Shown one piece after another: positions 59,157 to 64,000 of a stretch of 64,000 nt of DNA. Made by a program: the position numbers and the translations under genes. Within the stretch, counting starts at the first letter, position 1. Every line of letters starts with the position of its first letter. Source of the DNA: Stellaceae bacterium (GTDB lineage: Bacteria > Pseudomonadota > Alphaproteobacteria > ATCC43930 > CGMCC-115725); NCBI GenBank assembly GCA_035604035.1, contig DATNJF010000404.1, forward strand, positions 10,853 through 74,852, read 5' to 3'. The notes beneath the pieces are model-generated. The model was not told where the DNA came from. It ran no database searches and saw only the letters and a program-made list of their open reading frames with translations.

Positions 59157-60152
59157 ATGAACTGGGCCCGCCTGCACGACCCGCTGCTCTTGCTCTATGT
59201 CGGCCTCGCCATCGACGCGATGTGCGGCGAGATGGGGCCGGTGTTTCGCCGCATTCCGCACCCGGTCGTTTTGGCCGGCCGCGCGATCACCTTTTTTGAG
59301 GCGCGGCTCAACCGGCCGATCCGCAGCGATAGCGCGCGCCGGGTGCGCGGCGTCCTGACCGTCATCGTGCTGGTGGGCGCTGCGGCGGCGCTGGGTTGGC
59401 TGATCCAATGGGAATGTCGCACCAGCGTCGCGGGCGCCGTGGTCGAGGCCGCGATCATCGGCGTCCTGCTGGCGCAGCGCAGCCTCTACAACCATGTCGC
59501 GGCGGTCAGCACGGCGCTGATCCATGGCGGGCTTATTTCGGGCAGGCTCGCGGTCAGCCAGATCGTCGGCCGCGATCCCGAAAGCCTGGACGGGGCAGGG
59601 ATCGCGCGTGCTGCGATCGAAAGCCTCGCCGAAAATTTCAGTGACGGTGTCGTGGCGCCGGTTTTCTGTTACCTGCTTCTCGGTCTGCCGGGCCTCTTGG
59701 CCTATAAGATGGCGAACACGCTCGACAGCATGATCGGCCACCGGAGCGAGCGGTACCGCGCTTATGGCTGGGCGGCGGCGCGGCTCGACGACCTGTTGAA
59801 CTTGATACCGGCGCTGATAACCGGGCTGCTGCTCGTTTTTGCCTCGATATTCGATCATGAGAATTCGGCCGTGAATGCGTTGCGGATCATGCTGCGCGAC
59901 GGGCGCAAGCACCGCTCGCCCAATGCCGGCTGGCCCGAGGCGGCGATGGCTGGCGCGCTCGGCATCGCGCTGGCCGGGCCGCGGCACTACGACGAGGGCA
60001 CCGTCGACGACCCGTATCTCGGCGACGGCTCGCCGATCGCCACGCCGCAAGACATCAACCGCGCGCTGAACCTGTATTTCCGCGCCTGCGTGATCCTCGG
60101 GATGCTGGTGATGGGCGCTTGGCTGACACACCATCTCATGCAGCCCGGATGA
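59157..60152 (+). CDS. cobD: adenosylcobinamide-phosphate synthase
   Basis: 331 aa membrane protein. [10 protein letters not shown]...[11 protein letters not shown]...[16 protein letters not shown]. Confidence 0.9.
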   Translation: MNWARLHDPLLLLYVGLAIDAMCGEMGPVFRRIPHPVVLAGRAITFFEARLNRPIRSDSARRVRGVLTVIVLVGAAAALGWLIQWECRTSVAGAVVEAAIIGVLLAQRSLYNHVAAVSTALIHGGLISGRLAVSQIVGRDPESLDGAGIARAAIESLAENFSDGVVAPVFCYLLLGLPGLLAYKMANTLDSMIGHRSERYRAYGWAAARLDDLLNLIPALITGLLLVFASIFDHENSAVNALRIMLRDGRKHRSPNAGWPEAAMAGALGIALAGPRHYDEGTVDDPYLGDGSPIATPQDINRALNLYFRACVILGMLVMGAWLTHHLMQPG

Positions 60153-61629
60153 GACGCGGCGTTCGCGCGGCGGCGAGGATGGCGTCGAGATCGAGGCTTG
60201 CCTCCAGATGGCCGGCGAGGCGGTCGAGAATCGCGTCGATCGAGGCTTCGTAGGCGAGCGCGCTCACGGGCGCGCCGAGCCGGGCAAGAAACGCGCGGCG
60301 AAATGCGTCGCTGGCGAAGAGACCGTGCAGGTAGCAACCGGCGACTTTTCCATCGGCGCTGACCGCGCCGTCGGGCCGCCCACCCAAACGCAGCAGGGGC
60401 CGGGCAAGTCCGATGCCGATGGTCGTGCCGAGATGCATCTCGTATCCGCTGACCGGCGCGCCACTGGCGACGTCGATGCCGTTCACGAGGTCGAGATGCT
60501 TCCGGCCGCTCAGAACCGTCTCGATGTCGAGCAGCCCGAGCCCTACGGCGCTGCCGGGCGGACCCTCGTGGCCTTCGGGGTCGGCGATAGCGTGCCCCAG
60601 CATCTGATAACCGCCGCAAATGCCGAGCACCTGCCCACCACGCCGGTCGTGAGCGGCGATGTCGATATCCCACCCCTCGCGGCGGAGCGCGGCGAGGTCG
60701 GCGAGCGTCGCCTTCGACCCCGGCAGGATGACGAGCGCCGCGTCGCCGGGCAGCGCCCCTCCCGGCCGGACGAAGACGAGCTCGACTCCCGGCTCGGCGC
60801 GCAGCGGGTCGAGATCGTCGAAATTGGCGATATGGGGCAGGAGCGGGACGGCGATCTTTATGCCTTGCAGCGCCGTCTTGGCAGGCGGGTGGCGCAGCGC
60901 CATGCTGTCCTCGGCTGGCAGCAGATGCGCGTCGGGAAACCATGGAACCACGCCGAAGCAGGGGAGTCCGGTGCGCTCGCCGATCGCGGCGAGACCGCCA
61001 TCGAAGAGACGCGGGTCGCCGCGAAACTTGTTGACGATGATGCCGGTAAGGCGCGCCCGTTCGGCGGCGGAGAGCAGGGCGTGGGTGCCGACGAGCTGGG
61101 CGATGACCCCGCCGCGGTCGATGTCGCCGACCAACGCCACCGGCACATCGGCGGCCTCGGCAAAGCCCATATTGGCGATGTCGCCGCGGCGCAGATTGAT
61201 CTCGGCCGGGCTGCCCGCGCCCTCGACAAGGACGAGATCGGCGCCTGCCGCGATCCGCTCGAACGCAGCCAGCACCGCCGGCAGCAGCGAGGGCGCGAGC
61301 GCCCGGTATTCGCGCGCTGAAGCAGAGCGCAGCACCTTGCCGCAGACGACAATTTGCGCGGAGTTTCCGGCCTGCGGTTTGAGCAGCACCGGGTTCATGT
61401 CGACGCTCGGCGGCACGCCGCAGGCGCGCGCCTGCAACGCTTGGGCTCGGCCGATCTCGCCGCCATCAGGCGTCACGGCGGCGTTGTTCGACATGTTCTG
61501 CGGTTTGAACGGCCGCACCTTGAGCCCGCGCCGGGCGAAGGCGCGGCCCAGCCCGGCGGCGATCAGCGACTTGCCGACATCGGAGCCGGTGCCCTGGATC
61601 ATCAAGGCGCGAGGGGGATTGGCGCTCAA
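60136..61629 (-). CDS. cobQ: cobyric acid synthase
   Basis: [20 protein letters not shown]...[10 protein letters not shown] and a C-terminal GATase domain ([10 protein letters not shown]). TTG at 61629 has an AAGGGGA Shine-Dalgarno sequence and a TTGA overlap with cobO. An alternative ATG lies at 61602. Confidence 0.85.
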   Translation of the reverse strand: MSANPPRALMIQGTGSDVGKSLIAAGLGRAFARRGLKVRPFKPQNMSNNAAVTPDGGEIGRAQALQARACGVPPSVDMNPVLLKPQAGNSAQIVVCGKVLRSASAREYRALAPSLLPAVLAAFERIAAGADLVLVEGAGSPAEINLRRGDIANMGFAEAADVPVALVGDIDRGGVIAQLVGTHALLSAAERARLTGIIVNKFRGDPRLFDGGLAAIGERTGLPCFGVVPWFPDAHLLPAEDSMALRHPPAKTALQGIKIAVPLLPHIANFDDLDPLRAEPGVELVFVRPGGALPGDAALVILPGSKATLADLAALRREGWDIDIAAHDRRGGQVLGICGGYQMLGHAIADPEGHEGPPGSAVGLGLLDIETVLSGRKHLDLVNGIDVASGAPVSGYEMHLGTTIGIGLARPLLRLGGRPDGAVSADGKVAGCYLHGLFASDAFRRAFLARLGAPVSALAYEASIDAILDRLAGHLEASLDLDAILAAARTPRLIRAA

Positions 61630-62234
61630 AACTCGATCCCCTTCTGCGCCTTGACCCCACTGCGGAACGGATGCTTGACCAGTGTCATCTCGGTGACGAG
61701 GTCGGCGAGTTCGATCAGCTCCGGCTTGGCGTTGCGACCGGTGACGACGACATGCAGGTCGCGCGGCTTGGTGCGCAGCACCCCCAGCACCTCGTCCAAT
61801 GGCAGGTAATCGTAGCGCAGCACGATATTCAATTCGTCGAGCAGCACCATGCTGTAGCTGGGGTCGGCGATCATCGCCTTGGCCATATCCCAGGCGGCGC
61901 GGGCGGCGGCGATGTCGCGCTCGCGGTCCTGGGTGTCCCAGGTGAAGCCTTCGCCCATCGCCCGGCAAGTGACCAGCTCGGGAAATTTCGCCAGAACGTC
62001 GCGCTCGCCGGTGCCCCAGGCGCCCTTGACGAACTGCACGATCCCCACCCGCATGCCATGGCCGATGCAGCGCAACACCATGCCGAACGCGGCGGTCGTT
62101 TTGCCCTTGCCGGCGCCGGTATGGACGATGAGGAGCCCGCGCTCCTTGGTCTTGGTTGCCAGCACGCGGTCGCGAGCCGCCTTGCGGCGGGCCATCTTCT
62201 CGCGATGCAGGGCATTGATCTCCGCGTCGCTCAC
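61626..62234 (-). CDS. cobO: cob(I)yrinic acid a,c-diamide adenosyltransferase
   Basis: [20 protein letters not shown]...VQFVKG...LDELN. GTG at 62234 gives a GTGA overlap with the cobN stop. Confidence 0.9.
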   Translation of the reverse strand: MSDAEINALHREKMARRKAARDRVLATKTKERGLLIVHTGAGKGKTTAAFGMVLRCIGHGMRVGIVQFVKGAWGTGERDVLAKFPELVTCRAMGEGFTWDTQDRERDIAAARAAWDMAKAMIADPSYSMVLLDELNIVLRYDYLPLDEVLGVLRTKPRDLHVVVTGRNAKPELIELADLVTEMTLVKHPFRSGVKAQKGIEF

Positions 62235-64000
62235 TTGGCGGCATCCTGGAGAACCGTGTTGCGCCGGGGCCGCCACAGCCCGCGCTCGACCGCCTCGGCA
62301 AAACGGCGCTGGATTTCATGGAGCGCCGCCGGATTGGCGCCGGCGATGAAATCACGCACCGCCTCGTCGCCGAGATAGGCGTCGTAAAGCGCCTCGAAAT
62401 GCGCGTCGTCGACCGCCCGCGCGGTCGCGGCGAAGGCAAACAGGTAATCGACCGTCGCGGCGATCTCGGCGGCGCCCTTATAGCCGTGGCGCATGACCCC
62501 GGCGATCCAGCGCGGGTTGGCGGCACGCCCGCGCACCACCCGGCCCAATTCCTCGCGCAAGGTGCGAATGCGCGGGCGGTCGGGCACCGAATGGTCGTTG
62601 TGGTAGACCGCCGGTGCACGGCCCGAAAGATGCCGCACTACCAGCGCCAGCCCGCCCTCGAACTGGTAGTAGTCGTCGCTGTCAAGCAGGTCGTGCTCGC
62701 GGTTGTCCTGGTTGTGCAGCACCGCGTCCGTGCTGCCTAACCGCGCTTCGAGCAGGCCCCGTTCGGCCGTGCCCTCGCCGCCGGCGGCATAGGCGTACTG
62801 ACCCCAGCCGAGCCACGCCTCGGCGAGGTCATTTTCGTCCTTCCAGAAGCCTTCATCGATCGGCGTCTGCAAGCCAGCGCCATAGGCCCCCGGTTTCGAC
62901 CCGAAGATACGGTAGCCGGCTCGCTTGGCCGCGTCTTCCGGGTTGGAGCCATCAGCTTCGAGCGCCGCTCGGTCGGCGGCGTAGCGCGCAGCAAGCGGGT
63001 TGACCGCCTCCGGCTCGTCGAGCGCGGCGACCGCGCGGGTGGCGCTGTCGAAGAGGTCGATGAGGCCGGGGAAGGCGTCGCGGAAAAACCCGGAAATACG
63101 CAGCGTCACATCGACGCGCGGGCGGTTGAGCACGCTTGCGGGGAGGATCTCGAACCCGGTGACCCGGCCGCTCGCCGGCTCCCACACCGGACGCGCGCCG
63201 ATCAACGCCAGCGCCTGGGCGATGTCGTCGCCGCCGGTGCGCATGTTGGCGGTGCCCCAGGCGGAGAGCGCGACCCGCGCCGGGTAATTGCCGTGCTCCT
63301 GCGCGTGACGCTCGACCAGGAGGCCAGCCGAATGCCAGCCGAGTTGCCACGCCGCCGGCGTTGGCACCGCGCGGGTGTCGAGCGAGAAGAAATTGCGCCC
63401 GGTCGGCAATACCTCAGGCCGGCCGCGGCTCGGCGCGCCGGACGGCCCGGGTTCGACGAAGCGGCCATCGAGCCCGGCGAGGATGCCGGCGATCTCCTTG
63501 TCACCACAGGCGGCAACCGCCGGGCGCAGCATCCGCTCGACCCAATCGAGCACGGCCAGGGTCTTCACCCACCTCACATCGGGCGCCGCGCCCGAGATCA
63601 GCCGCAGCGCCAATGCTTCCAGCCGCTCGACCGTGTCGCCGGCGGTGCGCCAGGGCGCAACCTCCGTGAGCACTTTCGGTCGCTTACCTGTCCAAGGCTC
63701 GGCGAAGTCGACAGTCAGCGGATCGACGCCCAATCCGAGATCGCCGGCAAGGGCGCGCAGCAACGATTCATCCTGCGGTTCGCTGCCGCGGCGGGCGCGG
63801 GCGATTGCCAGCAGCAGCGAATTGAGCAGCTTGCCGTCGGGGCTGGTACCGAAGACATGCAGCCCGTCGCGGATTTGCAGCTCCTTCAGCTCGCAGAGAA
63901 ACCCGTCGAGTTTCTTCAAAGCCTCGATGCGGTCGTCGTCCGGCTTGATGCCGCAATCGCGGTCAATCCCGGCGGCGCGGACGCGCTCCAGTATCTCGGC
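62231..64000 (-). CDS. cobN: cobaltochelatase subunit CobN, C-terminal part (5' end outside window)
   Basis: C-terminus ...[50 protein letters not shown]...RGLWRPRRN. The ORF track begins this frame at Met 63919; continuation to base 64000 is assumed from the expected CobN length and was not checked codon by codon. Confidence 0.9.
   Translation of the reverse strand, partial: AEILERVRAAGIDRDCGIKPDDDRIEALKKLDGFLCELKELQIRDGLHVFGTSPDGKLLNSLLLAIARARRGSEPQDESLLRALAGDLGLGVDPLTVDFAEPWTGKRPKVLTEVAPWRTAGDTVERLEALALRLISGAAPDVRWVKTLAVLDWVERMLRPAVAACGDKEIAGILAGLDGRFVEPGPSGAPSRGRPEVLPTGRNFFSLDTRAVPTPAAWQLGWHSAGLLVERHAQEHGNYPARVALSAWGTANMRTGGDDIAQALALIGARPVWEPASGRVTGFEILPASVLNRPRVDVTLRISGFFRDAFPGLIDLFDSATRAVAALDEPEAVNPLAARYAADRAALEADGSNPEDAAKRAGYRIFGSKPGAYGAGLQTPIDEGFWKDENDLAEAWLGWGQYAYAAGGEGTAERGLLEARLGSTDAVLHNQDNREHDLLDSDDYYQFEGGLALVVRHLSGRAPAVYHNDHSVPDRPRIRTLREELGRVVRGRAANPRWIAGVMRHGYKGAAEIAATVDYLFAFAATARAVDDAHFEALYDAYLGDEAVRDFIAGANPAALHEIQRRFAEAVERGLWRPRRNTVLQDAAK

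Overview
High-GC alphaproteobacterial (Rhizobiales-like) chromosomal segment, densely coding on both strands. No rRNA, tRNA or CRISPR was recognised. In order, the window holds phenylacetate catabolism genes (paaC', paaE, paaG-like), a small GIY-YIG cassette, and oxidoreductases with an envelope glycosyltransferase and an O-antigen ligase. A Phd/VapC pair follows. Next is a co-directional MFS, LLM oxidoreductase, membrane-anchored TIR protein and Crp-family regulator string, then an orphan histidine kinase and rpmB. A frameshifted MATE gene converges on a TetR-MFP-RND efflux operon. After that come ettA, mlaC/mlaA, and an ArsR-methyltransferase-metF-metH methionine block. A 1.9-kb islet carrying an ImmA/IrrE-DUF4411 pair sits at the 3' end of metH, bracketed by a duplicated metH terminus. 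Two cyclophilins, ampG and ugpBAE-(GNAT-like)-ugpC follow. The last 18 kb is a cobalamin biosynthesis cluster: cobB, cobA, cbiD, cobK, cobM, a cbiG-cobJ fusion, cobI, cobL, cobH, cbiX, cobD, cobQ, cobO and cobN'. The most interesting items are: (1) the metH-terminal islet with its peptidase/PIN-like module; (2) the receptor-like TIR-TM-periplasmic-domain protein 15 bp upstream of a Crp-family regulator whose nucleotide pocket looks non-canonical; (3) the hybrid cob cluster, which carries three non-cob passengers (a secreted ankyrin protein, a GT39 glycosyltransferase and an unknown 318-aa protein in the cobG position); (4) a helically phased CTGTT repeat array downstream of metH. All calls rest on reading the supplied translations and the DNA; no database search was possible.
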